Shown piece by piece: positions 1-11,490 of a stretch of 64,000 bases of DNA (positions are counted from its first letter, which is position 1; each line of letters opens with the position of its first letter). Source of the stretch: Somniosus microcephalus (taxonomy: Eukaryota); assembly GCA_052327205.1 (NCBI GenBank), contig CM126224.1:64604001-64668000 (forward strand), read 5' to 3'. Both the position numbers and the translations under genes were made by a program. The notes beneath the pieces are model-generated. The model was not told the DNA's origin and did no database searches. It worked only from the letters and a program-made list of their open reading frames with translations.

Positions 1-331
1 ACATTTGAAGTTCAGTTCTGACTCTCTGAAATATTCAATCGCAGTAGAGATGGAAATGTCTGGATGGGGGAGGGGAGGAGGAGTGGGAGTGGCACTGGGA
101 GGCGGAGTGACAGTGTTACTGATTAGTGGGCTGCTTTCTGCTCTGGAGACTAGAGACGAGAAGGTCCCCCCCAAATAGGTTCTGAGTTTTCTGGTCAAAC
201 CTTTAGCAGCAGTGCTCGGCCCGCCCTGAATTCCAGCCCTGCCCGTGTGGGTGCCGGGCTCTGTCTGTCGTTTTCTCACTGTGCTTTACTGTATTTGTAG
301 GTTCCGGAGTTTCCTCCCCAGTGTAAGGATG

Positions 332-444
332 ATGCAGACAGAATCGCTCTTACACAGTGGCTACTCACACCCCCTGCTCCGTGCCTGGCAGACCTGTGCC
401 ACCACCTTCAACGCAAGCAACCTCATCTACCCCATCTTTGTAAC
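332..444 (+). CDS. ALAD: ALAD coding exon 1 (human exon 2): [37 protein letters not shown](T)
   Basis: Acceptor tttgtag ends at 300; tandem ATG at 329 and 332; donor gtaagt at 445. 113 nt from 332. The translation matches the ALAD N-terminus (LHSGY.HP.LR.WQ...NLIYPIFVT). Confidence 0.97.
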
Positions 445-658
445 GTAAGTGCGGGCGGAAGGGAGCAAGAAGGAGTGTGATCCTGAGATTTTTATATAAA
501 AAAAAAAGGGAGTTAAACCAATTCTCCTGTTCCATTGAGAATGGTAATGCTGCAATCAGTCCTAGAGATAGTGACAGCCGAGGTCCAGGACAGGTGCTGG
601 CTTAATATTAGTGCTCTGTGACATTGTCTAACTGACATTTACTATCTACCCGTTTCAG

Positions 659-709
659 TGACGATGCCAATGCTGTGGAACATATTGCCAGCCTCCCGGG
701 ACAGGCAAG
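659..709 (+). CDS. ALAD: ALAD coding exon 2: (T)DDANAVEHIASLPGQA(R)
   Basis: tttcag acceptor, gtagga donor, 51 nt, phase-consistent; SLPG motif. Confidence 0.96.
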
Positions 710-748
710 GTAGGAAAAACTTTTCTGTGAAGTGTCCTGTTGTGGGTG

Positions 749-781
749 GCTCTCGCTCTCGCTCTCGCTCTCTCTCTCTCT
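749..781. repeat. (CTCTCG)n/(CT)n microsatellite
   Basis: Directly visible: gctctcgctctcgctctcgctctctctctctct. Confidence 0.8.
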
Positions 782-884
782 GACAGTGAATTAGAGCAGG
801 CAGTCACACAAGTCCAGACCAGTTTTTGAATAGCTCAGCTTGAAAGTGGACCGACGCCTAGAGAGGTAGCAAGGGAGCCCTGGA

Positions 885-1590
885 ATATGGGAACAGGAGG
901 AGGCCATTCAGCCCCTCGAGCCAGTTCTGTCATTGTGAGATCATGGCTGATTTGTATCCTGACTCCACCCACCTGCCTTTGCTCCAGATCTCTTAATACC
1001 CTAGTCTAGCAAGAATCTATCAATCTCCGCTTTAAAATGATTAACTGAGCTAGCCCCTACTGCTTTTTGTGAGAGTTCCACACTTTTCTACCACCTTTTG
1101 TATGAAGAAGTGTTTCCTAACTTTTCTCTCCTGAATGGCCTGGCTCTGATTTTTAAGGTTATGTCCCCTCGCCCTCGACTCCTTGCCTCCCCCCACCACC
1201 AGCAGAAAACGTTTCTCTCTATCTTCCCTATCAATTCCTTTCAAAATCCTAAAAACCTCAATCAAATCACCCTTTAATCTTCTATATTCCAGGGAATACA
1301 AGCCTAGTTTATATAATCTTTCCACATAATCTAACCCTTGGAGCCCTGGTAACACTCTGGTGAATCTGCGCTGCGCTGCGCTCCATCCAAGGCCAATAAA
1401 TCCTTCCTAAGGTGCGGTGCCCAGAACTGGACCCGGTGCTCCAGGTGTGGTCTGACCAGGGCTTTGTGTAGTTATAGCAGAACTTCCTTTATATTCTAGC
1501 CCTCTAGTTATAAAGGCTAACATTCCATTAGCCTTTTTGATTATGTTTTGTACCTGACGACGACACTTTGGTGATCTGTGTACATCTTTA
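885..1590 (-). mobile_element. 5'-truncated CR1 LINE (ORF2 C-terminus and 3' UTR), decayed
   Basis: Minus-strand ORFs encode LGLYSLEYRRLKGDLIEVFRIL and KKANGMLAFITRGLEYK, typical CR1 ORF2 C-terminal motifs; frameshifted. Confidence 0.92.
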
Positions 1591-2284
1591 TTAATTTCCA
1601 TGAACCAGGCAGCCTTGGGATTTGCGTGTTCTCACTGTGAATATGCTATACTGTTCATTCATGTAGTTTATGTAATGCCACCGGTGATGTGAAGATAGCA
1701 GCAAAAGCTGTCGGAGAGGGGCAGACCTTGCCTCACACCGTAGAGTAACGTTCTTGGGATCAACCAAACAGCAAGTCCTACGAAGCTGATCCCAGCTGGA
1801 GTGACTGTGTCTGTGTGGAAGCTGATATGCCCTCAGCCGCTAGTGTGTGTGTTGCTGGCTGCAGATAGGTGTGGACAGTGACACAGCAGAGCTTCCTTGC
1901 TCTCGGTCACAGTAACCTTGCAGCTGAGCAGCCTTATCCCACTCTGCAGGAGCCGGTCGTATGTGTGACTCACTCCCGATATGACACTGGCTCTCCTGAT
2001 ACCGATGGGAACCTGCAAGTTCATCCTGACCGGCCAGAGCCAGGGGACAAGCTGAAGTGTGGCCAAGACTGCAGATTGAGGGCAGCCTTTGCTGTTGTGT
2101 TCACTGTACGCTGCTGTGTCTCTCTGCTAATTAGATTAAACCTGCCCTGGTGACTGGCTGTTTCTGGGTTACTTCACTGATCTCGATCGATATAGACTGA
2201 AGATTTCAACAAGAAAAATGTACTCTCCAAACAGAAGTATTTCTGCTGTTGCAAACTGTAACTTTTTTTTATACAAGCCTGGGG

Positions 2285-2435
2285 CGGGACCCCCCGCTAA
2301 CCCACCCAGCCCCCCGCCCCCGCCCCCCCCCCACTAACCTGCCCGGCCCCCCGCTAACCTGGACCCCACTACTAACCCCAGACCCCCCCCCCCCCCCCAA
2401 CTAACCTGGGACCCCCCCACCCACCCCTCGTTAAC
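2285..2435. repeat. C-rich low-complexity repeat, CCCCCC(G/A)CTAACC units
   Basis: Several ctaacc motifs separated by poly-C runs. Confidence 0.7.
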
Positions 2436-2449
2436 CATAAAGCAGACTG

Positions 2450-2765
2450 AGCTAACCAACCTGGCTGTAAGGGGGCCAAATGAAGTGTTTGGGCAGCAAC
2501 CAGTCCCTCCTGGTGGTGAGCCCACGATGCCAAACTCAACCCAACGTGACAATCTCGCAGCTACAAGAGCAGACTGGTGCAGCAATGGTGGAGAGTGAGC
2601 GCTAGGAGCTAAAGCACATTGTTGGGGCAGAGTGAAGGGAGTCTTACTCTGCAGCCACCTGTGCTCACCTGGCAGTGCCTGATCCTGACACTGGCTCCCT
2701 GACATCGGTAGGTTCCCTTTCCCAGCACAAACATCCCTCGCCTCCATAAGTACAAAACGCACCGG
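2450..2765 (+). mobile_element. Degenerate SINE, LF-SINE-like family
   Basis: Contains gcacattgttggggcagagtgaagggagtcttactctg...ctgtgctcacctggcagtgcctgat, similar to the 67-bp minisatellite unit, to 11215-11490 and to my recollection of the LF-SINE body. Confidence 0.5.
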
Positions 2766-3076
2766 GGAAAATAGGGAGTTGTTTAATTCTGAAAGCCAGA
2801 GACTGTTTTAGGCTTTTTTGAATGGAGGAACTTTGCCTGACAACAGGTTAGCATGATTCAATCATTACAGTGTCACGTCTGTTACATGAATGCTGTATAT
2901 TTCAGGCTGCAGGTTAGTAAGGTACATCGGATGGTTTTCTCTTCACCTCTTCGGAGTGTGGGATGACTGTGCAGTGCATTTCCCACTTTGTGTTAGCAGG
3001 GCTGGCCTGCTGGGTGAAGGCTTGGTGTAATCGGAGGGGGTTTGTCTCTGGGTCTCACTCTGCACCTGTCTCCCAG

Positions 3077-3173
3077 GTACGGTGTCAATAAACTGGAGGA
3101 GATGCTGCGCCCCCTTGTGGACGAAGGCCTGGCTTGCGTGTTGATCTTTGGAGTTCCAGCCAAACTCCCCAAG
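3077..3173 (+). CDS. ALAD: ALAD coding exon 3: (R)[32 protein letters not shown]
   Basis: tcccag acceptor, gtagga donor, 97 nt; strong match to ALAD. Confidence 0.97.
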
Positions 3174-3304
3174 GTAGGACTGAAAGAAGCACCGTGCCGA
3201 GGCTGAGCTCGCCCCCGGGAGAGAGACTCCCAACGTTACACTGCAGTGCACCTGCATACCTTTAGAAACATTACCTTTTGTGCTGTTGGGAGCTTGTTGC
3301 AGCC

Positions 3305-3495
3305 TAAAAGAAAGAAGGAACTTGCATTTGCATCGTGCCTTTCACACATTGAGACGTCCTGAAATGCTTCACAGCCAGTCAGCAATGTTTCTGATGTGTG
3401 GTCGCTGCCACATTATTAGCGCACAGCAAGATCCCACAAACAGCAGTGAGCCAAATGACCTGTTCATCTGATTTGATGGTGTTGTCTGAGAGATT
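3305..3495 (-). mobile_element. 3' part of a DeuSINE (SacSINE1-like)
   Basis: Reverse complement of the 3' half of the copy at 3885-4280 (gcacagcaagatcccacaaacag vs ctgtttgtgggcgcttgctgtgc). Confidence 0.75.
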
Positions 3496-3779
3496 AAAAA
3501 CTTCAGTTTGTGGGAAAAACACAATTTGAGCACTTTTCCGCAGAAGACTAAATTTCTGTTAAGTGTTCCACAATGAATAATTCATAATTGATCTACTAAA
3601 GTGAATTGAAAGCATCAAACATTGCATTGCTGGAACTGTTTCAGCGTGGCGGTTTCGGGTAGCAGTAACCAGCTGGAGACACACTTCCAAGTGGTGTTTG
3701 TCATTTATTGCGATATACTGGCTGGCACCTCTGCCTCTCCAGCTGAGACAGCACCTGCTGAGTTCAAGGTGTGCCTCGC

Positions 3780-4450
3780 TGCCAGCTTGGCTCAGTTGGT
3801 TGCTGTCTTGTCTGTGAGTCAGGAGCTTGTGAGTTGAGAGGCCCCACAAATCCATGAGCACGTAATCTAGGCTGTTTTAAGTTGTCAGCCGTGACACACA
3901 CTCCCCCGAGTCAGAAGGATGTGGGTTCAAGCTTCACTCCAGAGACATGAACCCATAATCTAGGCTTCCACTCAGTGCAGTACTGAGGGAGTGCTGCATT
4001 GTCAGAGGTGCCATCTTTCAGATGAGACGTTAAACCAAGGCCCCGTCTGCCCCCTCGGGTGGACGTAAAAGATCTCGTGGCACTATTGCAAGAAGAGCAG
4101 GGGAGGTATCCCTACTGTCATGGCCAATATTTATCTCTAAATCAACACCTGAACCAGATTATTTGGTCATCATCTCTTTACTGTTTGTGGGCGCTTGCTG
4201 TGCGTAAATTGGCTGCCGAGTTTCCTGCATTACAACAGTGACTACATTGGCTGTGAAGTGCTTTGGAACGTCCTGAGTATCTGCAGTGCCGTTTGTTCGT
4301 TTGGATGGGAGATTAAGACGGGGCTGCAGCTGTTTATTCCGGTGACTGAGCTGGGCACTAAAGATCCCACAGCACTATCCAAAGAAGAACAGAGATTTCT
4401 CCTGATGCTCTGGCCGATACTTCGCTCTCAACCAACACCATCAAAAAAAC
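3780..4450 (+). mobile_element. Cluster of tRNA-headed DeuSINEs (SacSINE1-like): head fragment 3780-3875, near-full copy ~3885-4280, Deu-domain fragment ~4280-4450
   Basis: A-box-like tggctcagttgg and B-box-like gggttcaagc; Deu core gaggtgccatctttcagatgagacgttaaacc...ggtggacgtaaaagatc...gaagagcagggg. Confidence 0.8.
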
Positions 4451-4704
4451 CTGCTGTATTTGCTTCCTGAATAGTTCACCTTGTGGAGCTCCTGGAGACC
4501 TTTCGCTGCAGTGTGAAGTGTTGGTGGAAGTCAGGCTGCTGGGAAGTCACTTCCCGAGGGGTCCGTACAAAGACAACTATTTGGAAACTGCTTTCCGGTT
4601 TAATCTCCCGTCTGCCACATGTGCCCTGTCCCTCATATTAGTGTTCCGCAGTACTACAGGGCAACATAGAGGATCACAGTCAGGAGAAAGTATAATGAAT
4701 CTCT

Positions 4705-5345
4705 CTATCTAACCCGTGCTATACCTGCCCTGGGAGTGTTTGATGGGACAGTGTAGAGGGAGCTTTACTCTGTATCTAACCCGTGCTGTACCTGCCCTGG
4801 GAGTGTTTGATGGGACAGTGTCGAGGGAGCTTTACTCTGTATCTAACCCGTGCTGTACCTGCCCTGGGAGTGTTTGATGGGACAGTGTAGAGGGAGCTTT
4901 ACTCTGTATCTAACCCGTGCTGTACCTGCCCTGGGAGTGTTTGATGGGACAGTGTCGAGGGAGCTTTACTCTGTATCTAACCCGTGCTGTACCTGCCCTG
5001 GGAGTGTTTGATGGGACAGTGTAGAGGGAGCTTTACTCTGTATCTAACCCGTGCTGTACCTGCCCTGGGGGTGTTTGATGGGACAGTGTAGAGGGAGCTT
5101 TACTCTGTATCTAACCTGCCCTCGGAGTGTTTGATGGGACAGTGTAGAGGGAGCTTTACTCTGTATCTAACCCGTGCTGTACCTGCCCTGGGGGTGTTTG
5201 ATGGGACAGTGTAGAGGGAGCTTTACTCTGTATCTAACCTGCCCTCGGAGTGTTTGATGGGACAGTGTAGAGGGAGCTTTACTCTGTATCTAACCTGCCC
5301 TCGGAGTGTTTGATGGGACAGTGTAGAGGGAGCTTTACTCTGTAT
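4705..5345 (+). repeat. 67-bp minisatellite (about 10 units; later ones are 56-bp deletion variants), ctaacccgtgctgtacctgccctgggagtgtttgatgggacagtgtagagggagctttactctgtat
   Basis: Period 67 (taaccc at 4710 and 4777); 11-bp deletion variants from ~5110. Confidence 0.97.
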
Positions 5346-5497
5346 GTGTGAGCGATTGCAAGGACCCTGTGATTCAAAAGCCTTTTTGTGTGGGATTGAG
5401 AAGACTCTGGTGGGGGGCACTGGGTAATGAGACTCCAGGTGGGCAGCTCCTGACTTACTAGCACTCGGTCTTAGTAAGGTTGTGTTTTCTCTGACAG

Positions 5498-5633
5498 GAT
5501 GAGAGAGGGTCCGGAGCAGATTCTGAGCAGACCCCAGCCATCCTGGCCATTAAAAAGCTGCGGCACACGTTCCCAGAGCTGGTGATTGCCTGCGACATTT
5601 GTCTGTGCCCATACACTGCCCACGGGCACTGTG
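5498..5633 (+). CDS. ALAD: ALAD coding exon 4: [45 protein letters not shown](G), catalytic Zn-binding motif
   Basis: ctgacag acceptor, gtgagc donor, 136 nt; DxCxCx(Y/F)x3G(H/Q)CG Zn site with C122/C124/C132. Confidence 0.98.
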
Positions 5634-6057
5634 GTGAGCAAACCTTCCTCCAGTAGAGACCAAGACCCTTCTGCTTCTCGGCTTCAGGTTACAAAATGGG
5701 GCGCTTCATACGCACTGAGACAGCGTGTCAGCCTGAAGCTGGTGGGTCAGACGGTGAGAGATGAGCACTGTGTCTGGACCAGGCCAGGTGTAAACGACTG
5801 TTGATGGATCAGATAGTGGCCCTGGTAGTACGGGAGCGGGGGCTGGGTACAGTGAGCTCGAGCCTCCGAGCAGGCGGCACACCCAGAGAGTCCGGGGGAC
5901 GTGGAGACCCTGCCCATCTTAACGATTGGGCCTCAGTCCCATAACCTCCATCAGAGTCCCGCGCAGCATAGTGGGAACGTTAATGGGCATTAGACTGGGA
6001 AAAGGGCGGGGAATGGGCTCTATAATGGGGACAAGGGCGGGGAATGGGCACTGGGAT

Positions 6058-7152
6058 AATCATAGAATGGTTACAGTACAGGAGTCCATTCGGCCCGTCG
6101 AGCCCGTGCCGGCTCTCTGCAAGAGCACTTCAGCTAGTCTCGCTCCTGGCCCTTTCCCCGTAGCCCTGTGATTTTTTCCCTTCAGGTACTTATCCAATTC
6201 CCTTTTGGAAGCCACGATTGAATCTGCCTCCACCACCCTCTCAGGCAGTGCATTCCAGATCCTCACCACTCGCTGCATAAAAAAGTTTTTCCTCCTGTCA
6301 CCTTTGGTTCTTTTGCCAATCACCTTAAATCTGTGTCCTCTGGTTCTCGACCCTTCTGCCAATGGGAACAGTTTCTCTCTCTACTCTGTCCAGACCCCTC
6401 ATGATTTTGAACACCTCTATCAAATCTCCTCTCAAACTTCTCTGCTCCAAGGAGAACAACCCCAGCTTCTCCAGTCTATCCACGTTACTGAAGCCCCTCA
6501 TCCCTGGAATCATTCTTGTAAATCTTTCCTGCACTCTCTCTAAGGCCTTCACATCCTTCCTAAAGTGTGGTTCCCAGAATTAGACACAATACTCCAGTTG
6601 AGGCCGAACCAGTGTTTTATAAAGTTTCATCACTCTGTGCCTCTATTTATAAAGCCCGGGATCCCGTAAGCTTTTTTAACCACTTTCTCAACCTGCCCTG
6701 CCACCTTCAGTGATTTGTGCACCTATACCCCCAGGTCTCTCTGTTCATCCACCCCCTTTAAAATTGTATCCTTCAGATTATATTGTCTCTTCTCGTACTT
6801 CCTACCATAATGTATCACTTCTCACTTTTCTGCGTTAAATTTCACCTGCCACGTGTCCGCCCATTCACCAGCCTGTCTGTGTCCTCTTGAAGTCTATCAC
6901 TATCCTCCTCACTGTTCACTATACTTCCAAGTTTTGTATCATCTGCATATTTTGAAATTATGCCCATCATCCAGGTCATTAATATATATCAAGACTAGCA
7001 GTGATCCTAGTACCGACCCCTGGGGAACACCACTGTATACCTTCCTCCAGTCCAAAAAACAACCGTTCACCACTACTCTCTGTTTCCTGTCACTTAGCCA
7101 ATTTCATATCCATGCTGCCATTGTCCCTTTTATTCCATAGGCTTCAACTTTG
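6058..7152 (-). mobile_element. 5'-truncated CR1 LINE
   Basis: Minus-strand ORFs LERVQERFTRMIPG...RGDLIEVFKIM and RTRGHRFKV...RIWNALPERVVEA; catagaat tail at the left end. Confidence 0.93.
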
Positions 7153-10100
7153 GGGATAAGGGCGGGAATGGGCTCCACACTGGGATAAGGGCGGGAATGG
7201 GCTCTACACTGGGGATAAGGGCGGGAATGGGCTCCACACTGGGATAAGGGCGGGAATGGACTCTACACTGGGGATAAGGGCGGGAATGGGCTCCACACTG
7301 GGATAAGGGCGGGAATGGACTCTACACTGGGGATAAGGGCGGGAATGGGCTCCACACTGGGATAAGGGCGGGAATGGGCTCTACACTGGGGATAAGGGCG
7401 GGAATGGGCTCTACACTGGGATAAGGGCGGGAATGGGCTCGACACTGGGATAAGGGCGGGAATGGGCTCGACACTGGGATAAGGGCGGGAATGGACTCTA
7501 CACTGGGATAAGGGCGGGAATGGGCTCTACACTGGGGATAAGGGCGGGAATGGGCTCTACACTGGGGATAAGGGCGGGAATGGACTCTACACTGGGGATA
7601 AGGGCGGGAATGGGCTCCACACTGGATAAGGGCGGGAATGGACTCTACACTGGGATAAGGGTGGGAATGGGCTCTACACTGGGGATAAGGGCGGGAATGG
7701 GCTCTACACTGGGGATAAGGGCGGGAATGGGCTCCACACTGGGATAAGGGCGGGAATGGGCTCTACACTGGGGATAAGGGCGGGAATGGGCTCTACACTG
7801 GGGATAAGGGCGGGAATGGGCTCTACACTGGGGATAAGGGCGGGAATGGGCTCCACACGGATAAGGGCGGGAATGGGCTCTACACTGGGGATAAGGGCGG
7901 GAATGGGCTCTACACTGGGGATAAGGGCAGGAATGGGCTCCACACTGGGATAAGGGCGGGAATGGACTCTACACTGGGGATAAGGGGGGGAATGGGCTCT
8001 ACACTGGGATAAGGGTGGGAATGGGCTCCACACTGGGATAAGGGCGGGAATGGGCTCTACACTGGGATAAGGGCGGGAATGGGCTCCACACTGGGATAAG
8101 GGCGGGAATGGGCTCCACACTGGGATAAGGGCGGGAATGGGCTCCACACTGGGATAAGGGCGGGAATGGGCTCTACACTGGGGATAAGGGCGGGAATGGG
8201 CTCCACACTGGGATAATGGCGGGAATGGGCTCCACACTGGGATAAGGGTGGGAATGGGCTCCACACTGGGGATAAGGGCGGGAATGGGCTCCACACTGGG
8301 GATAAGGGCGGGAATGGGCTCTACACTGGATAAGGGCGGGAATGAGCTCTACACTGGGATAAGGGCGGGAATGGGCTCCACACTGGGATAAGGGCGGGAA
8401 TGGGCTCTACACTGGGGATAAGGGGGGGAATGGGCTCTACACTGGGATAAGGGCGGGAATGGGCTCCACACTGGGATAAGGGCGGGAATGGGCTCTACAC
8501 TGGGATAAGGGCGGGAATGGGCTCCACACTGGGATAAGGGCGGGAATGGGCTCTACACTGGGGATAAGGGCGAAAATGGGCGCTACACTGGGATAAGGGC
8601 GGGAATGGGCTCCACACTGGGATAAGGGGGGGAATGGGCTCTACACTGGGATAAGGGTGGGAATGGGCTCTACACTGGGATAAGGGCGGGAATGGGCTCC
8701 ACACTGGGATAAGGGTGGGAATGGGCTCCACACTGGGGATAAGGGCAGGAATGGGCTCCACACTGGGATTATGGCGGGAATGGGCTCCACACTGGGGATA
8801 AGGGCGGGAATGGGCTCCACACTGGGTTAAGGGCGGGAATGGGCTCTACACTGGGGATAAGGGCGGGAATGGGCTCCACACTGGGGATAAGGGCGGGAAT
8901 GGGCTCTACACTGGGATAAGGGCGGGAATGGGCTCTACACTGGGATAAGGGCGGGAATGGGCTCTACACTGGGATAAGGGCGGGAATGGGCTCCACACTG
9001 GGATAAGGGCGGGAATGGGCTCCACACTGGGATAAGGGCGGGAATGGACTCTACACTGGGATAAGGGCGGGAATGGGCTCTACACTGGGGATAAGGGCGG
9101 GAATGGGCTCTACACTGGGGATAAGGGTGGGAATGGGCTCTACACTGGGGATAAGGGCAGGAATGGGCTCCACACTGGGATAAGGGCGGGAATGGACTCT
9201 ACACTGGGGATAAGGGGGGGGCATGGGCTCTACACTGGGATAAGGGTGGGAATGGGCTCCACACTGGGATAAGGGCGGGAATGGGCTCTACACTGGGGAT
9301 AAGGGCGGGAATGGGCTCCACACTGGGATAAGGGCGGGAATGGGCTCCACACTGGGATAAGGGCGGGAATGGGCTCCACACTGGGATAAGGGCGGGAATG
9401 GGCTCTACACTGGGATAAGGGCGGGAATGGGCTCTACACTGGGATAAGGGCGGGAATGGGCTCTACACTGGGATAAGGGCGGGAATGGGCTCTACACTGG
9501 GATAAGGGCGGGAATGGGCTCTACACTGGGATAAGGGCGGGAATGGGCTCCACACTGGGGATAAGGGTGGGAATGGGCTCCACACTGGGGATAAGGGTGG
9601 GAATGGGCTCCACACTGGGGATAAGGGCGGGAATGGGCTCTACCCTGGGATAAGGGTGTGAATGGGCTCCACACTGGGGATAAGGGTGGGAATGGGCTCC
9701 ACACTGGGGATAAGGGCGGGAATGGGCTCTACACTGGGATAAGGGCGGGAATGGGCTCCACACTGGGGATAAGGGCGGGAATGGGCTCCACACTGGGGAT
9801 AAGGGCGGGAATGGGCTCTACACTGGGATAAGGGCGGGAATGGGCTCTACACTGGGATAAGGGTGGGAATGGGCTCCACACTGGGGATAAGGGTGGGAAT
9901 GGGCTCCACACTGGGGATAAGGGCGGGAATGGGCTCTACACTGGGATAAGGGCGGGAATGGGCTCCACACTGGGGATAAGGGCGGGAATGGGCTCCACAC
10001 TGGGGATAAGGGCGGGAATGGGCTCTACACTGGGATAAGGGCGGCAATGGGCTCTACACTGGGATAAGGGCAGGGAATGGGCTCTACACTGGGATAAGGG

Positions 10101-10888
10101 CGGGAATGGGCTCTACACTGGGATAAGGGCGGGAATGGGCTCTACACTGGGATAAGGGCGGGAATGGGCTCTACACTGGGATAAGGGCAGGGAATGGGCT
10201 CTACACTGGGATAAGTGTGGGAATGGGCTCTACACTGGGGATAAGGGCGGGAATGGGCTCTACACTGGGATAAGGGCGGGAATGGGCTCCACACTGGGGA
10301 TAAGGGCGGGAATGGGCTCCACACTGGGGATTAGGGCGGGAATGGGCTCCACACTGGGATAAGGGCGGGAATGGACTCTACACTGGGATAAGGGCAGGGA
10401 ATGGGCTCTACACTGGGATAAGGGCGGGAATGGGCTCTACACTGGGATAAGGGTGGGAATGGGCTCTACACTGGGGATAAGGGTGGGAATGGGCTCCACA
10501 CTGGGGATAAGGGCGGGAATGGGCTCCACACTGGGGATAAGGGCGGGCATGGGCTCTACACTGGGATAAGGGCGGGAATGGGCTCTACACTGGGATAAGG
10601 GTGGGAATGGGCTCTACACTGGGGATAAGGGTGGGAATGGGCTCCACACTGGGGATAAGGGCGGGAATGGGCTCCACACTGGGGATAAGGGCGGGCATGG
10701 GCTCTACACTGGGATAAGGGCGGGAATGGGCTCTACACTGGGATAAGGGTGGGAATGGGCTCTACACTGGGGATAAGGGTGGGAATGGGCTCTACACTGG
10801 GATAAGGGCGGGAATGGGCTCTACACTGGGGATAAGGGCGGGAATGGGCTCTACACTGGGATAAGGGCGGGAATGGGCTCTACACTGG
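7152..10888 (+). repeat. 29/30-bp G-rich minisatellite (~125 units), gggataagggcgggaatgggctc(t/c)acactg(g)
   Basis: Directly visible tandem array; degenerate units also at ~5985-6060. Confidence 0.98.
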
Positions 10889-10917
10889 CATAATGGCTCT
10901 TGGTTTCTTTGTTCTAG

Positions 10918-11001
10918 GAATACTCCGGAAGGATGGGACATTGAACAATGAAGCAAGCTGCCAGAGACTGGCAGAGGTGGCACTGGCCTATGCCAAGGCA
11001 G
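10918..11001 (+). CDS. ALAD: ALAD coding exon 5: (G)ILRKDGTLNNEASCQRLAEVALAYAKA(G)
   Basis: ttctag acceptor, gtgagt donor, 84 nt. Confidence 0.97.
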
Positions 11002-11214
11002 GTGAGTGTAGAAACCGGGAGCAATGAGCTCTCCAAAAGCTGTACTTTTATAATAACACAAAGCTTTGGGGGTGGGGGGTAGCTCAGGGAGAGCAGGGAA
11101 TTCCTCTTTTATTACACACAAGTTAGCCTATTCACAGCCAAAAAAATGCAATTCAAAGTGACAGTCCCAATCACACAAGCATCATGTGATCGAGCTGACT
11201 GTTGGGCATGGAGT

Positions 11215-11490
11215 GGGCCCAGCTCACGGGGGTGAAAGTTCACCCTGTCTGCACATGAAATGAGCTTTACCAGTGTTGACCCAGTGGCTGGCATGGGGAG
11301 TGGAATTGGCAGAGGGGGCATCAGGTGGTAAGGCTCACTCTTGGGTTGGTTCAGGGGGAGCTTTGACCGGAATCTAGCCTGTTACCTACTTTGTGCTTGA
11401 TACGGACAACTGAGGCAAAACAATGGAAAAATCAGCCAGTTCCCAAACACTGACCTCGACTGAATCAAAATTCCCAACTGAATAATATTA
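11215..11490 (+). mobile_element. Degenerate SINE, LF-SINE-like family
   Basis: catgaaatgagc, gggggagctttgacc..atctagcctg and gtgcttgatacggacaactgaggcaaaacaatggaaaa resemble the copies at 2450-2765 and (reverse) 30100-30230. Confidence 0.45.

Noticed and set aside
1-300. ALAD promoter or non-coding first exon
   Set aside because: No CpG island or clear exon; the region ends in a splice acceptor, so the first exon(s) probably lie upstream of the window.
245-331. N-terminal extension of ORF 245-448
   Set aside because: Starts at a GTG in intronic sequence upstream of the acceptor at 300; the true start is ATG 329/332.
2285-2435. Interstitial telomeric repeat (ctaacc motifs)
   Set aside because: Isolated CTAACC motifs in poly-C, not tandem CCCTAA.
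3780-3945. tRNA gene
   Set aside because: A/B-box-like motifs are degenerate SINE heads; no cloverleaf.
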